The notes under the pieces: model-generated
Databases searched by the model: none
Seen by the model: only the letters and a program-made list of their open reading frames with translations
What the model was told of the DNA's origin: nothing
Program-made: the position numbers and the translations under genes
In this document: positions 1 through 11,660 of the stretch, piece by piece
Numbering within the stretch: position 1 is the stretch's first letter
Layout: each line of letters opens with the position of its first letter
Assembly: GCA_035221665.1 (NCBI GenBank)
Contig: CM069160.1
Location: 22,072,001-22,136,000 of the forward strand
Length of the DNA stretch: 64,000 nt
Source of the DNA: Okamejei kenojei
Taxonomy: Eukaryota
Direction of reading: 5' to 3'

Positions 1-375
1 CAGTAGACTTTCAATGGTGGCCCGGGAGAAGGTCACCAGAAGCTTCTTCTTGGTGTTGTGCCTCCCGAGAACTCTCAGGAAGTGGAGTCTCTGTTGTGCT
101 CTCTTGACGGTTGCAGTGGTGTTGACCGGCCAGGAGAGGTCCTCGGATATGAGGGCTCTTAGGAATTTGAAAGTCTGCACCTGCCCCATGTATGCAGAGC
201 GTGGGCCGGATCTTCGTTCCGTTTCCCCCTGAAGTTAAGTATTAGCTCCTTTGTCTTTGTGTCAGGTTATTTACTGAACATCAATTTGACAGTCGCTTTA
301 TCTCGTCCCTGTATGCTGACTCGTCCTCCCTGAGATGAGCCCGATGACAGTTGTGTCGTCAGCAAATTTAATAAT

Positions 376-468
376 CTGAAGTCTGAAGAAGGGTCTCTAC
401 CCGAAACGTCGCCTATCTCCATCGCTGCTGCACCCGCTGAGTTTCTCCACCCTTTTGTGTACCCTTAA
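376..468 (+). mobile_element. Short PLE 3'-terminal fragment carrying a hammerhead motif, inserted into the Rex1 RT
   Basis: Matches the end of the PLE at 43125-43219; flanked by AAATTTAATAAT (364-375) and AAATGTAATAAT (469-480). Confidence 0.85.
383..410 (+). ncRNA. Minimal type-I hammerhead ribozyme motif
   Basis: CTGAAGA-A-GGGT-CTCT-ACCC-GAAA-CG-TC: catalytic core, 4-bp stem II, palindromic ACGT stem III, GUC cleavage triplet. Confidence 0.65.
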
Positions 469-1260
469 AAATGTAATAATGGTGTTGAAAGGGTGGGAAG
501 GTGTACAGTCATAGGTGTATAAGCAGTAAAGGAGCGGACTCAGCTCACAGCCTTGAGGTGCGCCAGTGCTTACTGTGATGGAGGACGAGATATGGGGGCC
601 GGTATTAACTCTCTCTGGGCGGTTTGTGAGAACGTTTTTGATCCATGTTCAGATGGGGGAGGAGAGGCCTTGGTCAAGCAGTTTGCTGATTAAAATATCC
701 GGAATGATAGTATTGAATGCTGAGTGATAATTAATGAATAGCCTCCTCACGAGGCTTTCCCGGTGTTCCAAATGGGTTAGTGCGGTGTAAGTTGCTATTG
801 CGATGGCGTCCTCAGTGGATCTGTTATGTCTGTAGGCAAACCGATGTGGGTCGAAGGAGGGGGTAGGCTGGTTCTAATGTGATGCAGGACTAGCTTCTTG
901 TAGCACTTCATAATCACTGGTGTAAGTGCAATCGGTCTACAGTCATTCAAACCTCAGGGACTGGCTTTTTGGGAATATGAATGAGAATGGCTGACTTTAA
1001 GCAGGGTGGTGTGATAGATTGTGACGGGGAGATGCTAAAAAACTTTGTGAACTCCTGGTTATGTATTAATTGTATACGCAATTTTGACCGTTTTTGCCAA
1101 AACATAGCGGGCGATAATAACAAACGTTTTTGGTTCATTCTGTACAAAACATAATAAAATGCGTTGCAAAGAAATAAAAACAAAAGGTAATCGTGTTCGT
1201 ACATAAGGTGAACATGTCGTTGGTGGGAAAGAGCAAATTAGTCGATGATGGATCATTTAC

Positions 1261-1349
1261 CATTCCATAGAAAAACTGGCGCGACGAAGACCCATGAAAG
1301 CAGTTTATCCGAAGAACATTACCTCTTTCCTTTAACTCATTCTCCTTTT
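1261..1349 (-). CDS. Candidate coding exon 2 of an unidentified gene ((E)KENELKERGNVLRINCFHGSSSRQFFYGM)
   Basis: Pyrimidine-rich acceptor TTCCTTATTTCAG, donor GTAAAT, open frame, phase-compatible with 1909-2095; no homology recognised. Confidence 0.25.
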
Positions 1350-1908
1350 CTGAAATAAGGAAGGAAAACAATTTCAATGGTAATACACCTTACACGGACA
1401 TATCGCTAATAAAGAAGAGAATAATCCACTTCATATAAAAACATATCTAATACTAATAATTTGTTCGACATCTTCGCTTGTTAATTATTTCCATCAAAGT
1501 TCCTGGTGGTCTGGAATTGATTGCAATAATATGGAATTTGGACGAAATTGTAGAGTCTTAACATGACGTTGATGTTTCTCTGTCCTCGATAAGGTAGCAA
1601 TTACAGGATTACAGGAGACCATAACTTTACGTATGATTAAACTTATGTTAATGAAATTGTCCGTCCTAATTTAATTCTTAACTTTCAACAATCTTTAACG
1701 AGATCACCCAGTTATCGTATTCTCTGTTCCCTGCTAAATTCAAGTGGGTATTACGTTTGTAGTTGAAGTAGGAATACATTTGGCTGATGGAAACATAGGA
1801 GGCTTCAAGTTCAAGAATAAAAGCACGGCAGCAAGAGAGAACTGAATCCTCTCTTGGCCCAATCAACACCATGGTTAACTTGAGCTTCAACAACAGTTCC
1901 TAATTTAC

Positions 1909-2095
1909 CACAGTCTCTAACATCCTGGTCTCCAACATCCAGTAATTTATGAACTGCAGATTTGCATGCACGCAAGGAGCCTTGGCGTCCCTCCACTGCG
2001 GATATTTGCAAATATTCATTCGTCTTTTGGTGAATATATTTCCTCTCCTCAAGGGTCCAAACAGCAAAACTATGTATATTAAGATTTCGACTCAT
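1909..2095 (-). CDS. Candidate first coding exon of an unidentified gene (MSRNLNIHSFAVWTLEERKY...DQDVRDC)
   Basis: Acceptor TTTTAACTTTACTTAG ending at 2107, Kozak-like GCACCATGA, 62 codons plus 1 nt, donor GTAAAT; no homology recognised. Confidence 0.25.
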
Positions 2096-2579
2096 GGTGC
2101 TCTAGCCTAAGTAAAGTTAAAAACCTGCCCGGTATTTACCCTAAAGAGAGATATGAGATGCTTAGATATTTTAGCAGGAAAAGCACAACACTGTTGTGTC
2201 ACCGCGGGCAAGAAAATAATACATCTGATAACGGCACGCTTGAAACTTACTGCCGTCGTCAAATACAAAGTTAGAGACCCATGATAAAGTTGGAATAAAA
2301 ATATTTTCTGGTAATTTCCTACATCTGGGATAGAAAGTGATGAAACCGATCTGTTGATCTAGCAGCTGTTTGAATGAATGGTTACAGAATGTTGGCTAAA
2401 CGTGGATTATCTTATTTTATTCCATACAATGTTAATCTGATGATTGTACATGAAGCAAGATATGTCAGTAATTATTTATATCATATTATCTTTCATTCTC
2501 GTCTCAGCAAAAGCATAGGATCACAGCAGATCACATACGAACCTGATATTTTAATAAGACTTTCCATTTCTGTCAAGTA

Positions 2580-2700
2580 AAATAATAAATATAATGATAT
2601 TAACAACAGCAACAACGATAATACTACTACTATTGCAATTGTTACTGCTACCAGAACTACCGATACTTATATTACCATTAATAATAATAATAATAATATG
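2580..2700. repeat. Degenerate trinucleotide microsatellite ((AAT)n/(ACT)n/(AAC)n)
   Basis: Runs such as aataataataataataat and tactactact. Confidence 0.7.
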
Positions 2701-5700
2701 CGATTCGACCCTCTGCTAACTTCACTACCTGAAATCTGTATGACGTTTTTATTACATAATAAATGATATGACACCCAGTACACCAGTTGAAGTATTGCGA
2801 GTTTTAAATCAGTTAGCAGAGATAAATTTCACTCAAGCGTTCCCAGCTAACTCATATTGTTTGTGTTATTATAAAAAGGCTGATAATAATTGCAGTTTCG
2901 TAGATATAGTTAGGTTGCTTAACTGCACCGTCATCTTATTCCTAATTTGAACATCTATTCCTTTAAATGTCAATGTGAAATTTTAACGGGAGATTCAGTC
3001 CCCGTGCAGCGAGCAGCAGCATCCGATTCCCACAGCGATGCTAATCCATGCGAAACAGAGGTGTCGGATGCTCTTTTTAGCAGAGATTATTTGAATCAAA
3101 CGATTTATTATCCTGTTTACTTCAATCCGAATATCGTATTTGAGAAATTACACTCCCTTGTCCTCATTAAAACAAAATTGTGCTAACTAAAGACAGCAGT
3201 GAAGCAAATTTATTTTTTCAGTTTCTATGCATGCAAATCTCTGAAATAATCTTCCTCTAAAAGCAATGGCACGTGCACTGTGACGGTGTACGTCGATAAA
3301 TTATTGATGAATTATTTGCATGAAAAGTAAGCATGGTCAGTGTTAGTACAGTTTTCCTGCTGTACTCACATCGAGAACGGCTTATTAAATCTCTTAGTAG
3401 TATTGACTGGCTGTTTGGTATTCCTGCTCGTATTTCACCTGTTTGTACTCAAATATGTACGCATAATGAGCCATGCCTTTTTTTTATCACGTTCAGATTC
3501 GACGGGATTCCAAGTTCGTACCCAAATGACAAAATTGGCTTGTATTACCTCTCTGTTTTTCAAACATTTGATTCTCTGTAATCAAAATAAATAAACATAC
3601 GTTGTAATTAAGTCCGATTCACATCTACCGCATCGTGTCATTGGACGTTGTCTGGGCAGCTGGTGCGGGATAATGTTGAGAAGTATATTCTGCTCCCCCC
3701 AATCTTCCATTTTGCTCAATGTTTTGTACTTGATTTGGACGATTGTGTTTATATGTCGCTTAACCTGATTTAATGTTGATAACATGCAAAATAAAGCTCT
3801 TCACTTTACCTCGCTGCACGTGATAGCAGCAAACCTAAATGAAAATTTAGTTTTTCAGGCTATTGTTTTTTTAGCCCATCCATATTTAACTGCTTCGATA
3901 ATCACCTTCCTGCCTCCGATTCGAAATTGGAGATATCCGTTGATGTTGTTAAATGTTCAATTCCATTCGCCCTCCCAGTCAAAGTCTTAACCAATGATGG
4001 AGGACGGCAGCATGAAAGTCAGAGATAGGCAGATTTGTGGTAGGTGCGCTTCAGAAATGTCTGGAAATAACCGTCCCCATCCGTCTTGCAATGTAACGTC
4101 CATATTGAATTTAATTTTCATAGCGTATCCACCACAATTAATATGCAGATGACCAATGTTCACCAAGATTATAACAAAACCTTCCCCAAAATCTATGTCG
4201 CTACGAGCGAAGCTCAGAAGATGGATATCTTGTCGCAATCGGCTCCTCTCCTGATATTCCAATTTACTTCTATGGGCAAACAATTCACATATCAGGAGAG
4301 TAACGAAATACATTCACCTGCAACGATTCCCAACAAACCAGGCAGCAGATCAGCCAAAGACGTTTGCTAAATTCAGCCTAATTATTTAGTCGGTCAGTCC
4401 CAATAAATAATGCGTGTGGTGAGTGACATCGACTAATGAATATACAAATCCACATCCAATGTATTCTGTTCGCACCTTTCAAACACGTGAACTAGACCAT
4501 CAGGAATGGCTAGCACTACCGATGCATGCGAAGGCCATCGGGTGCATTTTTTGCTTTGTTTAAGTTTATCTGGACTTGAAATAATGTTGTCATGACCTTC
4601 ATTGGCACTGCGTGAACATTGGTGTGCCTCACTGAACAGCAATGTGATAGTAGATTCACCAAAATGACTGTATTGACGCAAGGTTGCTCATAACCATTTG
4701 GTAAGTGCTAGGCAGATGCTGAAAACAGAATTTGAAGTACATTTTTTTCAGATGCAGACGCTACATTTGCAGTGCGAATACTAGAAAGGCCAGATTTATT
4801 TACCTCTTTCTTGAAACTTGGTCAGTTCTGGAAAGGTAAATTGAGTTTATAAATATTGTATTGCATTCTATCGGAATTAAATTTCACCAAATTTGAAGAT
4901 AAAACTTAAATGATATTTTGGAAAAAAGGGGATGGGCAATCTGATACTTATAATGGACATATTCAATAAGATCAACCCATCACAGTTAATGACAAGATTC
5001 CACTCCTTGTTTTGATACCTTTAAAGGTCCAGCAGTCACGGTCGGGTTTACATGTCAGGCAAATGTTGAATATGTCACATTTGAATTTTTGCATATTGTA
5101 ATGATCAGATATATTTCTAAAATTGATCTGTTCAATAATAGAACTTTAAAATAGAGAGAGATGTACTAGAACATGACTCAATTATTAAGCAAAATCAAGA
5201 TAAATATAAATACCTTGAAGTCATAATGCAATTTTCCAATAAGGACCACAAAATTGGGATTGGCAGCAAAATGTCCCACCGTAAGAATCGCATATTCAGT
5301 TACCCATTTTTTATATTCAGTGCTCCAAACCCAACTAAATATCGGGGCAGACATAACGGTGCATACTGTGATGTAACTTATTTTGTACTGCAAGCAAAAA
5401 TAAAATCAAGTATGTTTTGCTCTGTGGATAACTGCATAGGTAAGAGGAAATGACATACTTTTACATTTTTGTAGTCGTCTTCCGAAGGTGCTGACATTCA
5501 AGTTTGTAGATTTCAAACTTTTGCCTACACACGTCCCATGGCATTTGACTGTGTACTACACTCTAATCTCAACACATAAATGTAGTAGTGTATAAAACAA
5601 AACGGCATGTAGCTGTCGCCGATGCCTACCGTTCGATTTTTCTTTTAACTGGTCCTCTGCTCAAACAAAGACAAGGGGAAGAACGTTGAAATAAAATGTA

Positions 5701-5736
5701 GCCGGAAATCCACCAAAGCCTGGATAGAGATTATTT

Positions 5737-6173
5737 ATAATATTGGCTTGGCGATCGTTTCGCCGAATACCTCCGCTCGGTCCGCATTACCAAACTGAAC
5801 TCCCGGTGGTTTAGCACTTCAACTCCCCCTCCCATTCCGAATCCGACCTCTCTGTCCTGGGCCTCCTTCATAGCCAGAGTGAGCACCACCGGAAATTGGA
5901 GGAACAGCTCATCATATTCCGCTTGGGCAGTCTGCACACTAGTGGCATAATCATTAAATTCTCCCAATTCCGTTAGCCGTTGCTGTCTCCTCCCCTTCCT
6001 AGCTCTCCCTCAGCCCTCGGGCTCCTCCCCATCCCGTTACCTTTATTCTCACCGCCCCCCCCCCCCACCCTCCATCAGCCTGAAGAAGGGTTTCGGCCCG
6101 AAACATTGCCTATTTCCCTCGCTCCATAGATGCTGCTGCACCTGCTGAGTTTTTCCAGCACTTTTGTCTACCT
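5737..6173 (+). mobile_element. 5'-truncated PLE (GIY-YIG C-terminus plus 3' end with a degenerate hammerhead at 6080-6107)
   Basis: LGDRFAEYLRSVR and FNSPSHS...EEQLIIFRLG homologous to the 42.6-kb copy; 12-bp TSD TAGAGATTATTT at 5725-5736 and 6174-6185. Confidence 0.85.
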
Positions 6174-6301
6174 TAGAGATTATTTTTCACCGGTACGTGA
6201 ATGTAGACTGCATTTCATATAGCCTGTTAATCCCAGTGGAGTACGTTTCGTGTTTCCTGCCTATCTGCCGAGCTTTACAGGTATTGGATAAGTTGTTGAG
6301 G

Positions 6302-6354
6302 GACAACATGCGAGGAACATTTAAACCACACGACAACATGCGGGGAACATTTAA
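6302..6354. repeat. Local tandem duplication with a 30-bp period
   Basis: GACAACATGCGAGGAACATTTAA followed by GACAACATGCGGGGAACATTTAA. Confidence 0.8.
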
Positions 6355-6909
6355 TTCTCTGACAGATTTTTGAAAACGAGTAGAAATGAAAGTGAGATGA
6401 TACATCGATTACACGACGGTTCTGCCGAAAAAAATAACGCATTTCTGCTGACTAATAATGTAACACTTGAATAAAAATTTGCAAATGAAATTGACATTTT
6501 TCTTGTGCTCTCAGTCAAGGTCTCAGTCAATGGACACAATGCATTTCAGTGGACTTTCCATATATTTTTTTAACATTTCTTAGGACTTGACCCCCGCCTG
6601 TAAACCGAAATTAACTTATTTTCACCCCAAATGGTACATTACAATTTGTATTCAATTTTAATTTGTTTTCAGTCTCCCGTTGCGACCTCACATTTAAATC
6701 GCAGTCAAAGACGAGTAGTTGTAACGGCACAAACACTTAAATAAATTTGTGCATACCTAAATTTCCACGAACTTTCTCCAAATCTAAAGTAAATAAAGGC
6801 AATTTATATTAATGTCAGAGGAAATTGCTGTCTGAGGTTAGTCAAAACTGGACCAGGAAATAATAACTGTCAAATTTACCAACTCGAGTGACATCAATCC
6901 AGAACATTG

Positions 6910-7270
6910 CATTATGACGTATGGTGAATGCAAAGATCTTTTAGAGGTGGATAAAATCATTGGAGGATTAGATCGGGTAGATCCACAGAGTCCCTTGCCC
7001 AGAGTTGGTGAATCAAATACCAAGGGCCAGGAGTTTAAGGAGAAGGGGAACATATTTATTAGGAATCTGATGGGTACGTTTTTCACACTAAGGGTGGTGA
7101 CTGTATGGAACTAGCTGCCAAAGGAGGTCGTTGAGGCTGGGACTATCCCAATGTTCAAGAAACAGTTAGACAGGTAGATAGATAGGACAGGTTTGGAGGG
7201 ATATGGACCAACCGCGGGCAGGTGGCAGGTGGGACTAGTGAGGCTGCGACATGTTGGCCGATGTGGGCGT
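6910..7270 (+). mobile_element. CR1 LINE 3' fragment
   Basis: DLLEVDKIIGGLDRVD...FFTLRVVTVWN is the CR1 ORF2 C-terminus, followed by a CR1-like 3' UTR. Confidence 0.8.
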
Positions 7271-7309
7271 TGTGCAGTAGGTCAGAACTCATCGAATCAC
7301 AAAGTGATG

Positions 7310-7640
7310 GATTAGTTTAGTTTAATTTATTGTTCCGAGACAGATTGAAAACCTGTTGTTGCGCGATAAAGACTCAGCGGAAAGACAATGCATTATTACA
7401 ATTGAGACATCCGTTGTGTGCAGCAAAACGATCAAAGGAATAACGTTTCGTGTAAGATAAAGTCCTGTAGCGTCCGTTTAAATATGGTCCGAGGGCCTCA
7501 ATTGAGGTCAATAATAGCTCAGAACCCTGGTGAAAGTATTGTTAATTTGCCTGATTACAGCTGCGACTAAACTATCCCTGAATCTGGACTGTGCGTTTTC
7601 ACACGTCTACACCTGTGGCCTGATGGGAGAGGGGACAAGA
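7310..7640 (-). mobile_element. Rex1/Babar-like LINE 3' fragment, old
   Basis: (TTTAG)n tail followed by TTTATTG; minus-strand PLLPSGHRCRRVK resembles the Rex1 C-terminal LLPSGRR motif. Confidence 0.55.
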
Positions 7641-10294
7641 TGGAGTGAGGTGGATGAGATAAAGCTAGACCCAAAGCAAGCCCTTCATCCTACGACTTCC
7701 ACGCCGACCAAGTTGGCATACGGGCTGGTCCCATTTGCCTGCATGTTTCCATTGCCATGTAAACCCTTCCTGTGCATAGATCTGATGAAGTGTACGCTTC
7801 TATTGCTTGCTCTGGTAAGCCAGCGTGAGCTCACGGATGAATTGTGTGCTCTGCCAGGAACGACTTCATCAAATTGATGGAGCATGGCCACCTGCCCTGA
7901 ATATGAAAGAGCAATGCGGTTAGATAGCTAGCCTACTCTTTGTATCGTTTGCTTACACGTTCAATGGTTCAAGTAAAATTGTAAGGATCCAGGTGCAATG
8001 CCGTAGGATAAATCAATCGTTGCAATAGACACATCCTTTCACCATTGACTGCAGTGAGACCTCAAAGTAACGAAAAACAACATAACCGTTTCAGCCAATC
8101 AACATTTCTTGATATCCAATTTTAGAACTAATAATAGCATCGCGGAGGAGAAAGTAGATACCGAATCAGCAACTGAGCTGCAGTCACGTTCGAAAGAAAG
8201 TGAACATCGATTATTGTCTCCTCAGTCGAGCATCAGGTTAGTTCTTTTTGAATGACGTGAGGTAAACGCAACAAAAAAAGACGAACCAGGATTTGCCATG
8301 GATTTCAAAAAAGATACCCTCCATGTAAGAAATCTTATTCTTCCACCAATAAGTCCTTTACATTGAAATCAATATCTACAGCTTTGGAGTAAAATAATGC
8401 AGATTCTACCTTTGACTTGGGCGACTTTGTTAACTGCAAGAAACAAATCTAATTATTCAATAGTGTATGTTGTGGAATATTCAATATCTATATACACGGT
8501 AAGATGGTGCAGAGTACCCAATTATTGTTTAATGGCTTGTTCTAAACAGGTGAAGGAACTAGCTTTTATTGCCCTCTTTCCCTTCCATCCATACCATCAC
8601 TCCGGCTTTATACTTTACTCCTCTTCTTTCGTTAGCCACCCTATTCTCTCTTTTTGACCTTTGGCTTTTAATTTTTATCAATTACTCATCACATGCGCGT
8701 ATCACCCCTCTCAGCTGTATCTACCCATGGGTTTCCATCCCTAGCCCATATCCAGCTTGCTCTCCCGCAATTCATTGCGGTTTCTAGAAAATCTAAAACA
8801 AACTGCGAGTCCTTCTCGGGATAAAGGAATCCAGGCAACTCCTTGAGTTAAAAAGACAGGAGCACCGTATTCTATTCGGGGGATTCTCTCGGGAAAACAT
8901 CCTTCATTACTAACGCGGAGTGCTGGAAAAAAAATGTCACTTAAACATTTGACAACTTTCTCTAGTGAAAGATTGCTCCCAATACAGGAGAGTGAAATAT
9001 AAGAAACTAAAAATAGTTTGAGGTTGAAAAAAGGCGAATGCTTTCATGCGATGCGTTGTGAAACATTGCACAAAATAGTCGGATAATCAAAATGATCACA
9101 ATATTCTCCAGAGAATATTTCTTCTTTTTATTGCGATTAATGTTTAAGCAGGCCGTGGAGAGAAGGATCCGCGTTCATTTTTAATATACACGTAGAGCTG
9201 ATGGAAAATAATAAAGAAAACGCCGATGTGTTTATATGTGATTTGTTACGGCATTGAAATACGTATCGTGCCGTGACAAGAGAGGTAGCATTTCCCGAAG
9301 CATACGTATGGCACAGAGACCAATCTAAAGTTGTATGCACTCGACTGAAATTTATATTGAACACTCTTTTCAACGACTCTGTATATATTTTGACAGATAT
9401 CAAAATATAACGTCTCCTTTCTTCATCAAACATAGCGCACGTTAAGAGAAAGTAAAATAAGAACAATTGATACTTTACTGAATTGTATGCGGAGGACATC
9501 ATTCGCTAAAATAAAACACATTCAAAAAGTGATTATCAGTTCTAATTAAGTCGGATATGGCAGCAGAGCCTTTTTTTTTATAAGGGAAGACATTTGTTTT
9601 GTAGCTCAAGCAGAGAAAGTTATTTCTTCGCCATCACTCAAGTTGTGATTGCGGATAATGCTGAACTGAGAATCAGCTAGCTTTTGGAGTGACTGCCCAT
9701 ATTACCTCACTGCATACAGCAAGCCTTTCGACTGTAAATATTTACTGAGCCTGTGTTCCAACCACCCGAACATTTGACTACCTTTCTTTCCCTTTTTGAA
9801 GGAAGCCAGCGAAGCACCGCATGCCTCCTCGTCACCTGTGTCACGTCCCTAGGTTATGCGTGCGGGAATGGAAGTCAATTCTGCAAGGTCCTCCGAGCAT
9901 CTTTTAAAGTGTCCGAGGTAACTACATTTATTTAAGTAATATGTCAAACAAGCGTCAATGATAATAAAGGGGAAATGTGCAAAAAAAATGTATGTGCTCG
10001 TTATTATATTATACGGTGATAGCCAATTCATAAAAATAGGCTCGAAAATAAAATATCAGTGGCCGCCCAAATCGTTTTCGCTCCTGGATTACAGTTCCAA
10101 TATATAACAAATGGGCTGTAGTTAATCTGCCGCTGGCATTAACTTGTCCAAATTAATGTACATTGGCGAGACCAGCAGCACAGGTTTATTGCACTGACCT
10201 TTCGCCCTTAGTCTGATTTTAACTCCACGTTTCTATACGAAGCCATGGAAAGTAGAGTTGACTACTTTCCCCCCTCCCGACTCCCCAAACAGAT

Positions 10295-11022
10295 GAGCGA
10301 GTGAGTGGCGTCCTTAATAGCCTTCTCTGTTTTTATTATTTGAAGTGTGTCTCGAATTTTGTTTTTATGTCTCTTGGTATATTTTACGTGGGGGATTGTG
10401 GGGGGGGGGGGGGGGGGGGGGGGGGTGGGAACGTTTTCCAGTCATTTACCTCGACAGTGATGCGAATTTTCTCCGTGTCGCAGCTCCGCCCCTCCCTCCA
10501 CCTGCGGCCTACAACGTGGAGTGCTTCGGCCTTTCCTGGAGATCGGCCCGGAGCTTCGAACCGCGGGTGCGACGCGGAATTACCGTCGCAGAGCCTGGGA
10601 TCTTTTGCCTGGAATCTACAGTTTTGGAGCTCCGACCACGGTGCCGGGGACTTTGACATCGTGAAGCAGCGATCTCCGGTAAGACGTGGCCGACTCGGGA
10701 GCTCCATGCTGCGGAGTGTTCCGATCCGCAGGAGTTTCGATGATCCTGACGAGACGGCTTGAATAGCGGACCTTCGGCAACGGCCCCGTTTAAAGGCCCC
10801 GACCACGGGTGCACAAAGATGAGTGAACATTATTGCATTCTATCACAGCGAAGAATGTTGATGTCACTGTGGTTGATCATTATGTTAAACCTTATTTCAG
10901 GTGCTGTGTTTATTTTTGCTTTTTTACTCAGTATGTTTGTATGGCAACTCAAATTTCATTGTACACAAATTGCTACATGTGACAATTAAATTAAATCTTG
11001 AATCTTGAATCTTGAATCTTGA
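10295..11022 (+). mobile_element. Non-coding GC-rich interspersed element with poly-G, a Rex1-like 3' end and an (AATCTTG)n tail
   Basis: Shares ordered blocks with 34067-34800 (GTGGCG, TTTTACGTGGGG..G-run, GTCACTGTGGT-GAT, GTATGGCAA-TCAAATT); tail aatcttg x4. Confidence 0.7.
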
Positions 11023-11499
11023 AGATAGACCCCATATCCCAGCAGGGCTGATATAAAGACATCTTGGTGAGATGAACGTCCATGACAACTTTAAATACGA
11101 GTGGAATCCAGGCTCACCGTCACAATCCAGTTATTTCACGTGTATCTCCAAGTCGTGCTCTGGTTGAGCTAATTTCTTGCTGACACCGTAGTCAGTACCT
11201 TTGAATCATAACCTTCTGCAAAGCAGCTCATTCCTTTACGGCAACTTAATTTCACGCCGAAATGTAAATCAATCCGGATAGTTTGTCGAGCTCGAATAAT
11301 ATATATTTTTCAAATTTCACTAGTGTCTTTAATACAAGCCGAGACATTGCAAATATGACAGATAACTGTTTGATCTCAGCATATCGAATGAGCTCTAAAA
11401 TTGCGACAACATATATGCAGATAATGGAAACATGAGCATTCGGTGCATCCGATGTGGCTTCCGATACATTTTGTGGACACAAATGTGCGACTGTTTAAC

Positions 11500-11660
11500 G
11501 GTTGCGCGCTGCCCGCGAAGGTCTGCTAGAGCGCCCAGTTGCTAGCCGTTTAAATCCACTTTCCCGTCCTCATACCGATCTCTCTGTTCTCATTCTACTC
11601 GACTGCCATTTTAAAACCTCACGCAAATAAGAAAAGCGCATCGACTTCCGCATGGTTTTC
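11500..11660. promoter_or_regulatory. Possible promoter (local CpG cluster with ETS-like ACTTCCG and YY1-like GCCATTTT)
   Basis: GCGCGCTGCCCGCG cluster, GTTGCTAG (RFX half-site-like), GCCATTTT, GACTTCCGC; motif evidence only. Confidence 0.25.

Larger units (their letters stand above)
1..1058 (-). mobile_element. Rex1/Babar-type LINE reverse transcriptase fragment (decayed), interrupted at 376-468
   Basis: Minus-strand translation gives [31 protein letters not shown] and FNTIIKFADDTTVIGLIS once the insert is removed, all typical non-LTR RT motifs of this clade; frameshifted. Confidence 0.85.

Noticed and set aside
3987-4370. Opposing 108-aa and 94-aa ORFs with possible splice sites
   Set aside because: No recognisable homology and no consistent exon chain
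6302-6354. Direct repeats with a short spacer, superficially CRISPR-like
   Set aside because: Only two units with a 7-bp spacer, eukaryotic context, no cas genes
8226-8236. Possible 11-nt micro-exon (ctcctcag|TCGAGCATCAG|gttagt)
   Set aside because: No neighbouring exons to connect; such matches are expected by chance
10301-10830. Overlapping 100-150-aa ORFs with poly-Gly or poly-Pro
   Set aside because: Arise from a poly-G run and GC-rich repeat; no domain, and not conserved in the related 34-kb copy
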